Of a stretch of 64,000 bases of DNA, positions 51,576-64,000 are shown in pieces. The notes beneath the pieces were generated by a model that made no database searches, was not told the origin of the DNA, and worked only from the letters and a program-made list of their open reading frames with translations. The DNA is from Oopsacas minuta. Taxonomy: Eukaryota; Animalia; Porifera. The stretch covers positions 518,380 through 582,379 of the forward strand of contig JAKMXF010000155.1 in NCBI GenBank assembly GCA_024704765.1, written 5' to 3'. Positions within the stretch are counted from its first letter, which is position 1. Every line of letters begins with the position of its first letter. The position numbers were made by a program, and so were the translations under genes.

Positions 51576-53395
51576 CACGGGTCTCTCAGAAAATCATATT
51601 GATCGAAAAATCTCAAGGACCTCGTTTTTTCGATCAATATGATTTTCTGAGAGACCCGTGACCTGTCGTATGTTCTGAAATCTTACGAAAATTCCGCAGT
51701 GCAAGTGAGGACTCGCGTATAACGTTACCTAGACCATCGGGAGGCCATCCAATTCATATGCTTCCTGGTAATTTGGACCAGTTACCTCAACACAAAATGC
51801 CCAAAGTGGATTTCTCTGACATCGCACAGATAAAATGCACTGGCGGAGCAATGAGTAACAAGCAACTAAAAGCTGTAACCAAAGTAATAAGGGATGCTGG
51901 CGTGGCCTGTCCATCAATGAAGGACTATTACGACGAACGGAAACAATATTGTGATGATATATTCGAATGCGTCCAATTAGATCTGGAATGGAGCAAAGAG
52001 AAGTATTCCTCTGATATCAGAAAGACTTGGGTCGTACGCTGTTGCAACATCGACAAACTGATAGAAAAAGTCTACAACATTAGCGGAGAATCTTCAGTTT
52101 ACAGTTTCAATTTTAGGCTTGGCCTTGATTATGGTTGTGGGTTCACTAAGCTTGTCATGTGTCTACAACTGGAAAATTCTGTGCGAAATCTAATCTTCTT
52201 ATGGGTATCAAGTGCTCCTGAAAATAATTACAATTTTTCTATAATACTGAATGCCCCGGAAATTCAAAAGTTTATTCATGAGTACAACGTATCTTTTACC
52301 TTTGATCTCAAAGCCGCTGCTCTCTGTCTGGGTATTATGCTTGGACGTTACCCATGCATTTGGTGTGTATGGGATGCTAAAAGTGGATTGGATCATGTCG
52401 AATTCAAATCAAGATCATCAGCACATCTGCAGAGATGTACCAAAAATTGTGTGAAGAATATAACTCCGACTCAAAGAATCATGCGATTGACTGTGATGGT
52501 GTAGAAGATATGGAGGCTCTTGGTGTATGGATGGTTGACTACATGCAGATGTTCAATATTCCCGAGTTACATCTTTTGTTAGGGGTTGGTCAGAAGTTGT
52601 ACAATGCGATCGTGGCTACAATGTCTGAAGAAGAGTTAGTTACACATGAATTATTACTGAAGCACAATAACATATCTCGAAGTTCTTACCATGGAGGCGC
52701 ATTTGAAGGTAATGCAATGCGGAAAATTACATTGATGGTTGAGCAGATTGGTTTTCCAATTAGCAACTCATCCAGCATTGCTTTAAAGCGATTTTCAGAG
52801 GTAGTGAGGACATGTTTTGGGCAAAAGATACAAGGTGATTACAAACTGGCGATATTTCAATTTGAAGAAGCATTCAAATTAACTGGGCTGAATTGTTCAA
52901 CAAAAGTCCATATAGTGTGCAGACATGTTATCCCATTTATCACCAAATTCCTTCCAGTTGGTATGGGATTGGGCGCCGTTTCAGAGCAGGCAGCTGAATC
53001 AGCTCATTCTCGATTCATCAAAGTTTGGAGAAATTATCAATGTAGCGAGTCTCTAGAAAATTACGGCGAAAACCTACTAAATGCTGTCAAGGAAATTAAT
53101 TTCGTTAATTTTATAAGTACTTAATTTATTCTATATGTGACTGATGGATGTATTATATTCAATTTATGAGTGATAACGATGATTCTAATATGATAAATTA
53201 GCAACCCGACAACATATAAAAATGGGAACTAAAAAAATTTTTTTTTTACAAAAAAATATAAAATAACTCAAAAATTTGTGTGAGAAATATTTTTTTGGCA
53301 ACAGAATCGGATTCTACGCAAAATTCTACACAAGAATCATGAAAAATCTCAAGGACCTCGTATTTCGATCAATATGATTTTCTGAGAGACCCGTG
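51576..53395 (+). mobile_element. Chapaev-type (CMC) element, 5'-truncated, 1820 bp, nested in the hAT gene
   Basis: Perfect 33-bp TIR CACGGGTCTCTCAGAAAATCATATTGATCGAAA and 4-bp TSD TAAG (51572-51575, 53396-53399). CAC ends with 4-bp TSDs are established Chapaev features. Confidence 0.85.
51662..53124 (+). pseudogene. Chapaev-like DDE transposase catalytic core, N-terminally truncated, one frameshift near 52432
   Basis: GLDYG (D), TFDLK (D), YPCIWC (C2C), IPELHLLLG (LH), YHGGAFEGN, KVHIVCRH (H4H) and SEQAAESAH (E), the motif set shared by CMC and Transib transposases. The frame is open right back to the junction at 51662. Confidence 0.8.
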
Positions 53396-56300
53396 TAAGC
53401 TGCGAAAAGTGTAGGGTATGATCTTACATACATATTGTATCTTAATAGGCACGTGTAAACACATGTCATACAGTTCTTGCAGCTCTTTTCGTTTCCCATT
53501 TCCAGATCATCACTTTCATTTTCAACTAGTGTTTGATAGTTTTCAGGCAGAACTTTCTGGAATGCTGACCAATTATTAGCAAGAAAAATGAGTTCATCTC
53601 TTAAATCATCCACTTTGATTTCTGGAAAATGTTGTTTAAGTAAAGTAGACACCTTTTCTAGTGCGGAATCCGGCAAGGTATTTTGTAACTTTATCTTGTC
53701 AAAATTGCGAGGATCAAAGTAAGAAATCGAAGCATAGAGATTTTCATGTATTCGAAACCTTCTTTCTATACTTTGTATAGTTGTATCTATAATTACATTA
53801 AAAGTTTCAATGTTAAATCTTTCCAGTGCATCAGTTGGTGACTCATCTCGTGCTTCATCACCTGGCTTATATTTTTCTTTCTGTATCTTCTAAGAGGAAG
53901 TGAATTATCAAGAAAAATATCACTGTCTAATAATTCTAGCTTTTCGTTTTGAGATTCAATGAGTTTGTTAGCAGTAAGTATAATGGACTCAAATTCATCT
54001 TTCATTCTCCTAAGGGATTCAATAGTTGTTACAGTCATTCCTTGTGCTTGTATGAAGTCGAGACCAGAAGTTTGAAGGTATTCAGAAAGTGAAGTAGTCA
54101 CTTGAAATAATCTAAGGTAAATATGTGCAACCAAAATTGTTTCATATTTTATTAGCCACTCAGTAATGCCTGAGCATCAAACCTTGCCTTTGCGTTCATT
54201 TTAGCTGCTTTGGAGATTGAATCCAAAACTTCAATAAGATTTACAAATAATGCATTGAAAGGATCTTTCCAATTCCCGAAAATATTTTTTAGTGCTCTGT
54301 CTTTTGACCACCAGCGAGTAGTTCCTATTGCCTGAAGACGTTTCAGCTTATGTGATCCTTTGATTCATTGAGATTGCCTTTCCAGGCGTTCATTCTCAAG
54401 TGGGAATTAGAGAAAAAAGTAGCGCAGGAGTTCAGTAATCAAAAAGAGAAATAGAAGCTGAATTTGAGGATGTGGCTTCTGTGATGACCAGATTTAATAC
54501 ATGTGCATAACACCATACATGAATATGATTAGGCGATGCTTGTTTTATCCATGCATTGAGGCCATTATATTGCCCAGCCATGTTGGCTGCACCATCAGTA
54601 CTGTCAGAAACGCAATGAGAAATCTTGAACTTATTGGTTTTCAAAATAGTGTGAAGCATTTCGAATAACCTTGACCCCTTACTTGAGTTTCTGGCTACGA
54701 AAGCAAGAAGACGTTCATGTACTTGATCAGTTACATAACGAATAATTACTGAACACTGATCTGTAGTTGTAATATCTTGAGTTGTATCGATCTGAATGGA
54801 ATAGATCCCGGCTTTTTTCACTTCTTGAACTATTAAATCAAGCTGTAACTGATGGATTGCCTCAAGAATATAGTTTAACGTAGTTTTGTAAATAAGGGTA
54901 ATGAGAGATCCACGTCCTTTTTGACCTTCACAAAGCGAACTATGTCTCTTCTTGCTCTCACATATAACTTTGTCAAGATGAACTCTTAGTATTTCATCGT
55001 ATTTGACAGTAACACTAAAAGTTCTAAAAAATTACCATGATCAATTAACGGATCATCCAAAAGAAAGGCACTTTCAGCCTTGTTACCTCTGTAACTCAGA
55101 CCACGCTTTCCTATGAACATGAGTATGTCAATAATTCGTTCCATAGCTTTGTGTTTTTGAATAACCTGTGATTTGCGTATATTTGTAGCGTCTCTTACCA
55201 AAAGAAAGGAAATATCACATTCAGAAGAGTGTATTAAGAAAGCATCTGTATTTTGCTTATGATATTGAGAACTTTCATGTTCTTCAATTCTTTGATAAAC
55301 ATGCTTCCAAGTACTCATTCCAAGAGTAAATTTGTTGGACTCAAACGGTTTGCTAAATGCCAGACAGACAGAACAAAATAAATCCTCTTTAGATTCAGAA
55401 TATGTTAACCAATGACGTGAAAACCACCCCTCTTATATGCTTTTTCTAGATTAAATGGAATCTTAGTAAGTGGTTGTTGTGGGTGGTAATGGAAAAAGGA
55501 ATTTCTCTCATTTTCTGTAGGTTTGGTGAAATATGCATCTACACATTCCGGTAAGCCAACATTATGTGCTTCTTCCCTATATTCCTGGGATTGCTCCATA
55601 GTCAATTCATCTTCATATAGTGTTGTCTCGATTTCAGCTCTGAGTACATTAGTCGGGACAGCAACATGAGCTTCTGAAGTGTAGTCATCCATCTGTTCTC
55701 GACTGGAATCAGTATCAGATCCTTGACATTCTATACTACATTTTTGTATTTGTTCACTACCTGTTTTGGTAATCGAGGACTCAGCTACAGCAATACAGAC
55801 CCCGATATACACAGGTATATTGGATTCAGATGACGTTCTCGATCCAATTCTCTGCTGTCCAGGTTGATTAGCAGCATCTTTGAGCTGTAACCTCTTTTTT
55901 TCTCGAATTTTTTCAGCTCCTCCTTTCCTTTTCTGCTTGTTATATCCATCTGCCATAACGTTATTTGTAGTAATGATATTAAATAATCTAAGAATTGAGA
56001 ACTGAATAGTATAATTAAATTGAAAACTAATGTTAAGGGCTGACACTAAAAATCTCCATATTTTCGATCGCTCAACAGTATTTACATGGTACAGGTGTGG
56101 ACCCAGTTCTGATATTGTGTTTGAAAGGTTTTGCGTAGGGGGTGTCAGAAGCTCACCGGCCCATTTACCTATCGGCCCACCGGGAAATCTCCCGGTCTCC
56201 CCGTAGGCTAGTCCGTCCCTGGCAGCAATAAATTTTTGGTAAGGCGGAGTATATTGTAATCACGCTGCCTTCATCACCCTCCCCATCTGTGATAACAGAA

Positions 56301-58239
56301 ATTGGCAATTGTTGGTGCTTCGACCGCCGCATTTGGAGCACCGACTTCTGCGCCCTGTAAGTCATTATGTTGATGAATATTTTGATTATTTTATTAGATA
56401 TTACTAAATAATGTATTTGTTGTGTACAATTGAGAATATAATGAATTTGAAAATGAGATTTGGTATCCTTATCACTCACATACCAAATTTGGCTTCAGAG
56501 CTAATATTTTGTAGAATCCTTGCAGTTGTTGGCCAAATATAGCAATTTAGTTATACTGGGATATTATTTTATGATAAATATCCTGATATGACTGCTACAT
56601 CAATAGGTTTTTGCATAACCATGTCCAATTCTCGAGGGCATTTTCATGTTAATTTTCACAAGATGATGTGTAATAATTTTGGTTTCTAGACACATGATAT
56701 CATCGTTGCCCTAAATGACGGAATTTCGTGTAGAAAACATACATACATATTGTGGTATTATCAATTACGTTTCTATTTATTCATAGATTTGGTATTACAT
56801 CCAGTTCTAGTGTAGCTTCAATTATTTTGGAACAGACTGTACTTTATTTAAGTATTTATTCACCTTTTTTATTGACCAATGATTATTGAATATAAACGAG
56901 CATATGTGACTCATAGTCACGATTAAAGATATACTATAGAAAGAGTAATTATTTTTATAAATCTATAGTCCCGGATTTCCTACATGTGAAAACTACATAT
57001 TTCATGGTGCTTATCTTAGCTATTTTATATGCAAATAACTATAACGCCATAATGACCATTTTGACAGACAGTGGACCTGTTGATCACCAATGCAAATAGT
57101 CCAATCCTGGAATTTCATGCTTATTGCATTACAAACTGACAACGCTCTGTAAATGCAACTTAGCATGCATAAATTGTTGAATTAATGTAGTGGCTTGGTA
57201 TTGCGGTGTAAACATAGGTGCAGAATCCCCATTTGTCCAATGACCATGTACCTGATTGACTATGTTTTGTATACCCCCCTGAATGCTAGGGTATAACTTC
57301 ACTCATACTTGAGGGTTAATATTTCTGATCAGGAGACGTATATCCTACAGACTTCAAGGTTATACCGACGTTTATCCTCCCTGATTAAGATGAGTATGCC
57401 TTCTCAAATCAGGGGTAATATACTCGCTGAAATTACCTGGGAGTTAGACCCCGCATAAACCTGCAGGTTTCTGGGCAAATGGGCTTCATTTAATTTTATA
57501 AACTTTCCACTCGTGATATCTTCACACCGGTCCCAATACATCGAAGCCACTTGACATATTGAATAATATGTAGCAAACTGTACTGTACCTCGTTATGTTG
57601 ATAGTTGATTGCATTCAATAATAGGTCGGATGGAGCAACTTGATGAATAGGGAGAAAATTGAAAACTGAGCGCTTGTGTCCCCAAAGAACTACATTTCTA
57701 TATGAGTTATGAAGCTACAGACATTGCTTGAAACGAACGAGACAGATTTGGCTCATAAAATACAAAGTCGAGGTCTTAAATACTCTAGACCTGAAAATTA
57801 TGTGACTATGTTGAATAGTGGTGCAAAAATTTGGAAATTTATTATTTCAGGTTACTTAAAAATTTAGAACGTTAAATATCTGCATTGAGGGTATCAATGA
57901 AATTTGTAGTTTTGTAGGTTATAAATAGACAGATCGCAACAAATAATCGGTTATTACAGCCTAAGTGACTTAATGCTATAATGAATTTACATTTATTGTC
58001 CATATTTCGGAATATTCCTGACTAATCAAATAGCTTTCTCCAGAATGTAGATATTTGGACAATTCAGGTTGGTGAAGACCTGGTATAGGTCCTTATTCTC
58101 CTTTTTTCAAACACTGTACATTCAATGGAATTTTTAATACTTGTAGGGTCTCAAAATGTTCCTCAAACTGGTATTTTTATCTGCCTAATCTGTATTTGGA
58201 ACTTCTAGAATTAGAGTGATTTCAGAAGCAGTATAATCT

Positions 58240-58520
58240 CATATGAAAGCAACTAATAAAATAATGCAACTGAGAAATAACGAGGAAATTATATCATGCG
58301 TTGAAATCGACGAATTCACAACCAACAACTTAAATTCCCTCTTTGCTTGTTCATCTTGAAGAATTCCAGAATATTGTAATTTGCCATGAAGAAACTGCCT
58401 CGGGCTCGGTTATATCTCTGAGCAAGTTCACGAAGGTAGTCATCAGAATGTTGCAAATACCTTTCCAACTTCAAGGAGAATGCATACTTCTATGTGCTAT
58501 TGTAGCTAATTCTGCTGAAG
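58240..58520 (+). pseudogene. Possible C-terminal remnant of a CMC-type transposase
   Basis: Across a frameshift: I(P)SLLVHLEEF (degenerate H4H) then GLGYISEQVHEGSHQ, similar to GLGAVSEQAAESAH of the element at 51.6-53.4 kb. Confidence 0.4.
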
Positions 58521-59364
58521 ATATTCTAACATTATTAGGAGCAACCTAGATTAGAACAACAGTGCCAATTAGAATCATTAGTTTTTACAGATAAACATTA
58601 CATTTGGTATATTTGTATTTAGTATTATGTGATTAATGAGTACCATTTTGTGAATTATGAGACTAGTGAAATTGCATGTACATCTCTCACAAATTGTATA
58701 ATTACTTTGCATATCCTATAATGGAAAAATGGGATAGTGATAGCAAATCGGGTTAATACAACGAATATTTATACCATTTTTGATGAAATGGGGAAATCCA
58801 GAAATCAGATTTCTTGAACTATTAAAGATTCAATCCTCTAATACTAACTATATTATTAATTGGAGAAGAATACCAGTTATAGATCCTACTTACTAGTTTA
58901 TCTGTAACTCCACCATACGTAGCCTAATTAAATAATTCAGTTTCACCAATTATACATTTTGGCTATAACTCCGAAACTAAATTGAATCAGTATGTTAAGG
59001 GTGAATAACACTGTCCAACAAATTTTTGATAAATTAATAAAATATACAAGGAGTATCGCCATTGAGGCTGTCGTATATTTTGATTTCTAAAATAACATCA
59101 ATTTTTCTTCATAGCTTCTAGGTTGTGGAAATTATCACTATTTTTTAATTTTTCCTTCAGTTTTTATCTTAGAGTTTCAGTAAATTGATGTTTTTCATAT
59201 ATTCAATGATAATTCTTTAGTCCAGTGATTGGCTCTAAAACTTTCAAACCATTCGTATTTTAAATCTGTTTACGCCACAGCCTTGCTATGCTTTCACCAA
59301 CCTAAAGTGCCATTAAATTCGAACTGACCTTTTGTCTCTTCTATAGCTTCTAATATAAAAGTAA

Positions 59365-59515
59365 CAATAATGATGAATAACTGTTGAAGGATCTGCAATT
59401 TTTAGATCTATGTTCATATAATTATTTATTAGTTCTACAATAATGATGAATAACTGTTGAGGATCTGTAATTCTTAGATCTATGTTCATATAATTATTTA
59501 TTAGTTCTACAATAA
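59365..59515. repeat. Tandem duplication, 73/72-bp unit, two copies plus a few bases
   Basis: Unit caataatgatgaataactgttga(a)ggatctg(c/t)aatt(t/c)ttagatctatgttcatataattatttattagttcta at 59365-59437 and 59438-59509. Confidence 0.95.
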
Positions 59516-59519
59516 CTTT

Positions 59520-59910
59520 CCATGGATATTAACCTCCGTGGAATTATAGTGGTAGACCTTCCAGTAGGTGAATATGTTCATTTTGAGAGCTTTTACATAC
59601 TGTGGCTCTCTGAAGACGCGTTTGGTCATTAGTTCAAAGAGTTTCTCTCTCAACCTAGCGGAGCATGTACAACTACTATTGGAAAGGAAATGTGGGGATT
59701 ACTATATGTAACAGTTGAAGCGAACGTACACCCTGACACGTTCACTTCCACTGTTGTTTAGAAATTGCATTATTTCTAAAATACTTTGATTGTTGGATTT
59801 CGAACACCTATTGATAATGATCCCGTGATCAACGAAATCCAGCTTCTTCTAATGGGCGAATACATCTACAATGCTGACATGGGTAAGATGCATTTTCACC
59901 CTTTTGTTCC
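59520..59910 (-). pseudogene. Possible middle remnant of a CMC-type transposase
   Basis: One minus frame with stops reads NASYPCQHC (C2C)...CQGVRSLQLLHIVIPTFP...GLPL*FHGG, in the same order as YPCIWC...DGVE...IPELH...YHGG of the 51.6-53.4 kb element. Confidence 0.4.
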
Positions 59911-60570
59911 ATATACTTGTACATACTATCCACTTTCAAGTCAGCTCTAAACACTTTAATTGGATTCTTTTAATTCCATTCTGGAATAAGATGAAATATT
60001 TATTTCCAAATTGTGATGTGTTTCTTAACTATCAAATATTGCAACAAGCGTGCTACATTTTACTCTATGTGTACTTTTATTCTGAGTTCTACATTTTGGA
60101 GATTCCAAACCCCTATATTATATACCCCCGATTTATGTGGTGTCCTATACTCCTAGATTATTTATTGAATATTCTATTCTTAAATCTTGTAGATCTTCTG
60201 ATAAATAACATTTCTTATGATCAAATATACACAAACGCCTCTGTGTGATATATTAAAATAATTGTATAGTATATTAGTTTGAATTCTTAATATTCTACGC
60301 TTATGAGAAATTTAAGTTTCTAAGAATAGTTTCTTCAATATACCATGAAGCCAATTAAATGAAACGTAATTGTATTGGTGGAAACATGAAAGTATGTAAC
60401 CAATGATTCATTGAAGCCAATTGTAGATTCTATATCTTTTCAATTGTAAATCGAATTGATACCAAAATTGTGTACATTAGTTCGTAATACTTTGATGAGT
60501 TCTTTGCTGTAAAATCCTCATAACATTCACAAAATATTATGATGTTAAATATTTTAATGAAATGAATTAT

Positions 60571-60747
60571 AAAAGGGACCCCTAAAGAATTCTATACCAC
60601 TGGGCTGGAAAAGTTACCAGAAGGATGGAAAGGATATCTCTAAAGCTAAAGGGGGAATTTCTCTAAACATTTGATAATCAATTATGATAAGTATAGGTTT
60701 ACTATATGAAATATGGAAAAGTCTCATTATTTATTAAACAACCCTTG
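60571..60747 (+). mobile_element. Mariner 3' terminal fragment, same family as 1-365
   Basis: Close match to ~191-365, ending acaacccttg|TA. Confidence 0.85.
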
Positions 60748-62292
60748 TATTAGTTACGAATTAGTTTGTTTCAACTTGGACAAATATTCCATGAGCTAAG
60801 TAATTGTTTTTCTTGTTACTAATACTTGTACATATCTAGCGTTACATGTCCCACAACTTCGTCCGTAGATGAATACAATGTATGTATTAGAGATTAGGGT
60901 AATGTATGATTCGTTCGAATCACACCGAAAATTTCCCTTTGAAATTTGAACTAATATGTTTTTTGATATGATTTTCCAATACCACTATGATTCCCACTCA
61001 TGTAATTTATCCTGGGATTCATCTTTGTGCCCCCACTAAGCTCTATTATTTGATTCAACTTCTGCTATATTCGATGTGTCCTGTCTGGCCTTTATAATTA
61101 TGAATATATCTCTTCGCATTTCTACCGATACTCCAACTCCTGAAATGTTGTTACAAGCTATACCTCGACCTAGATAAGACTGAGATGGATAAACTTTGAG
61201 AGTGTGTTGCCTTCTTTTCTTACACTACTGCAGTGGTTTCCAAACTTAGCTGAATGGCGTACATTGGATATCATATTTTACATATGCTAAATTGTCCTAA
61301 AGGTTTGGAACTTTTCCCCTACTTCATTGCTAGATTCATTTGTACTTTTTAGGTTCAGGATACTCCCCTTAAAATTTACTCTGATAAAACGAAACTTTGC
61401 CTAGGTCCCGAACACTTCGTTGTAACGAGAGTTTACTGTAGGATATTATTAAAATGCAATTTCGTGAATGAATTCCTTCTCCAGTTCATCTAATGCCAAT
61501 GGTGGAAGTGAATTAGACTCGAACTTCCCACTTCTGGGTAGTACCAGGCCGGTGGGTGCCCGAAAGTAAGAATTTACTTGGATCTTAGAAATATCATAAA
61601 CTCTATGTGACATTCAAATGTTGCATATAGGCTTATTGTCGAGATGCATTTGAATTGGTGAATCTGGATGATTCAATGTTTTTTTCATATAGAAACTTGT
61701 TCTGTCTGAAGTACAAGTAAAGATATCTCTGATGTACGGAAGATGTACTGAAAGTGGTCTAATACATTTGAATCCTTTAGGAAATGGTGCCCTGCTCAGG
61801 GGGAACTCAGAACTCAGATGTCCGCATGACTTTTTGTCTTACAACCTTTAATCGGAGATGACACCTTATATACCGCTCAAACTTCATCGGTTAATGGCAA
61901 AATCTGCTTCATTGGGGCAAATCTCCAGGAATGGAATCATCTCCATTCAAGTTAATATTAAATTTTTTCGGTTAATCGAGACAAGCTCTTCTAATTGAGG
62001 GAAAATTAATAACTCAATCATGACGAAATTATTCTGTCGTGGGAAATTCCAGTAAGCTAAGTACATTTACAAAGTTTCGATATAGACTAACTTTTGATGA
62101 ATTTGGCCAAATCAAATTCTATTTACCTCTTATTGTTATCAACATAAATCACGGAAGGCACAAAACGATCAAAAAATGTGAAAGTTTGTCTATTGGATGC
62201 TTAAGCCTAAGCCATAGAGTAGTTACCTTGCTTAGGAGCCTCTGCGACTGAAAACTAGAATAGTACTGCTCTTTATTATTATTTTTAGAAAA

Positions 62293-62371
62293 TCTCCGAT
62301 TAATTGTGAACTCCGCTTAATTGGAACAAAAGAGCTGGAAAAGATGTGTACCAATTAAACGGAGTTGACTG
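62293..62371. mobile_element. pogo/Tigger-like MITE remnant
   Basis: Inverted repeat aactccgcttaattggaaca / tgtaccaattaaacggagtt, ending gttgactg|TA as in Tigger-type TIRs. Confidence 0.45.
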
Positions 62372-62958
62372 TAATGGCTAACGTGAGTTGACCTTATACG
62401 ATTTAAGTATAAATCTTCAACTCCAATTGAACCACCAGCTGCTTTATCTCTTTTGAAATGCGGAGTAAAATCTGCGTAAACTTATAACAAGTGCCCAGAT
62501 ACTTTTTCATATATTGGATAGTGGTTGATTCCATGCTTTACCACTAGCTTATTTGTAATCCCTTATAACTCGGATTAAGCGCCGCCTTTTTCACATATAT
62601 ATGTATTTATCCCTATGTATAGACTCCACATTTTAAAGTAGCTAGATATTCTATGGGCTTTATTTAAATAGTTAATAGCATTAATGACGTGTTATGGGAG
62701 AAGAACTGTGAGTTTTTTTAAATATATTTCTCTATCTTTGGTGAAATAATGTGCAAATCTCTTACTTTGTTGAAATTGATAAATTTGAGTCCAAAGGAAT
62801 TATTCTGGAGCATTCCGTATCTTTTATCTATGTATTAATCAGACCAGTAATGAAGATAAACATAGTCATATCTGGAACGATGTGTGATGTCTGGAACTTC
62901 GATATATTGAGGAATTTGAGATAGATATGGTCAATATCAAGGTTCGCAATGACTATAT

Positions 62959-63107
62959 TAGCTGTTCCTAATCTGGGGTTGATGGACTCCTTTGTCGTCC
63001 ACGAACGATACCATGAGGTCCACAGGATCCGCCTATGTTATTGCGTCCACAAAATGTGCTAAAATTAGTATGGTGGGTTCACGGGTGAAAAGGTTTAAGA
63101 ACCGATG
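62959..63107. mobile_element. hAT (Charlie-type) MITE, 149 bp
   Basis: Degenerate TIRs tagctgttcctaatctgggg and reverse complement catcggttcttaaacctt. 8-bp TSD GACTATAT / GACTATGT (7 of 8 match). Confidence 0.6.
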
Positions 63108-64000
63108 GACTATGTCATCCTCCTAAATAGAATTATCACTAGCCCAAATATACCTAATTTCTACCTTGTTTTGTATAATATTATTCTATTTGGTAATAAT
63201 GGAAGTATTACAATCAAACTTGCATATGACGGCTATCAAAAGGATTGGTTAAAATTGGTCTTTTATTATTGTTCTATAGGTGTCTGTTATATAGAGTTGG
63301 GTTACTTTGGAGAATCTTCCGCTGGATTCTATTTAAATTTATCGACCATTACTGCAGAAGACCGTTATGCAAGTGGCTGTTAACCAGGATCCACTCACTG
63401 TAAGTCGACAAGTTATGGAGAACGAATATTACATAATAGCCATCAAGTGAAACATAAACATTTGGCATATTTATCTATTTAGTATGTATGTTGCAGTGCA
63501 AGTACTACTTTGGTGTATTCGCGGATACACCAATGTTTGGTGAATTTGCGAATACACTGTTTTATGTCTTATTTGACTGTTGCTTAACACATGTGGTTAG
63601 ATATATTTGATATCAAATAAAGTCTATCTTCTTGCCGCATTCTAAGTTGGCTTTTATTCCCGTTTCTTACGATTCTCACAATCCATTTTCCTACCATTCT
63701 TTAAATTATTAGTATATCATTCGCTACTTCTTCCAATGTGTGTTAAGCCAAATTTGATCAAAAGGCTCTCTAATTTTTCGCCAGGTCCATAATAATAATT
63801 TCGTACTAAGTATGTCTGTGGTCAGATCTATGTGGAATAATGTATGGATTTACTTGAACATCTTTCACATTGTCTAAACTACCTACTTAATGATTGTTTC
63901 TAAAAGGCGTACGTCTTAACCTAGTTTCAGTGTTGCTAGTTTAGAGTTTAGACACATATAAAGATGTTTATATAATAGTATTTATTGATTCTTTTCCATA

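Larger units (their letters stand above)
51346..55956 (-). pseudogene. hAT transposase with TTF-type zinc finger, DUF4371-like region and dimerisation domain; frameshifted and interrupted
   Basis: MADGYNKQKRKGGAEK..., RHWLTYSES...FCSVC...WKH...EHESSQYH, YSIQIDTTQD, STDGAANM, HVWCYAHVLNL and TTRWWS. Removing 51576-53395 plus one TAAG restores PTLFAAY-KFLLTISVTQVACERSFSKLK in frame. Confidence 0.88.
51236..56221 (-). mobile_element. hAT (Tip100/ZMYM1-like) DNA transposon, 4986 bp including a nested Chapaev insert
   Basis: Perfect 12-bp TIR CAGGGACGGACT and perfect 8-bp TSD GCAGCAAT (51228-51235, 56222-56229). Subterminal ggccc/ccgg repeats at both ends. Confidence 0.92.

Noticed and set aside
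63280-63399. Candidate next WNK exon (ttctatag|...|gtaagt, 120 nt)
   Set aside because: Splice sites look good, but phase 0 (needed after exon D) stops after 4 codons, and the open phase gives a sequence unlike the WNK linker. It cannot be supported without RNA data.
1-64000. Prokaryotic systems (CRISPR arrays, operons, defence islands, rRNA)
   Set aside because: Spliceosomal introns, a metazoan WNK gene and eukaryotic transposons. No regularly spaced repeat-spacer array or rRNA-like sequence was seen.

Overview
AT-rich animal (invertebrate-type) nuclear DNA, not prokaryotic. The species cannot be fixed from the sequence alone. The window lies inside one + strand gene for a WNK-family Ser/Thr kinase. 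Four exons (3868-4025, 17010-17159, 32151-32282, 48510-48746; 677 nt in total) have canonical AG/GT sites and splice in frame. Together they encode the kinase C-lobe, the autoinhibitory/CCT-like domain and the start of the coiled-coil. The 13-16 kb introns are filled mostly with DNA transposons (roughly a third of the window by my tally): CMC-superfamily Chapaev3 and Chapaev elements, hAT (Tip100-like and Buster/Charlie-like), several Tc1/mariner lineages (DD34D, DD37D, DD37E, DD35E), a THAP fragment, and one recognisable LINE remnant. The most notable observations are four. (1) Both Chapaev3 families have bipartite CAC-initiated ends whose inner motif sits about one helical turn (9-10 bp) deeper at the left end than at the right, loosely recalling RSS 12/23 asymmetry. 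(2) Two internally near-identical inverted 2.16-kb copies of a dead Chapaev3 element bracket one in-frame WNK exon. (3) A 5'-truncated Chapaev element has an 85-bp hairpin as its left end and is nested in a hAT transposase gene. (4) One intron-containing Chapaev3 transposase is a single base from intact. No alignments or database searches were run; family assignments rest on motifs, TIRs and TSDs read by eye.
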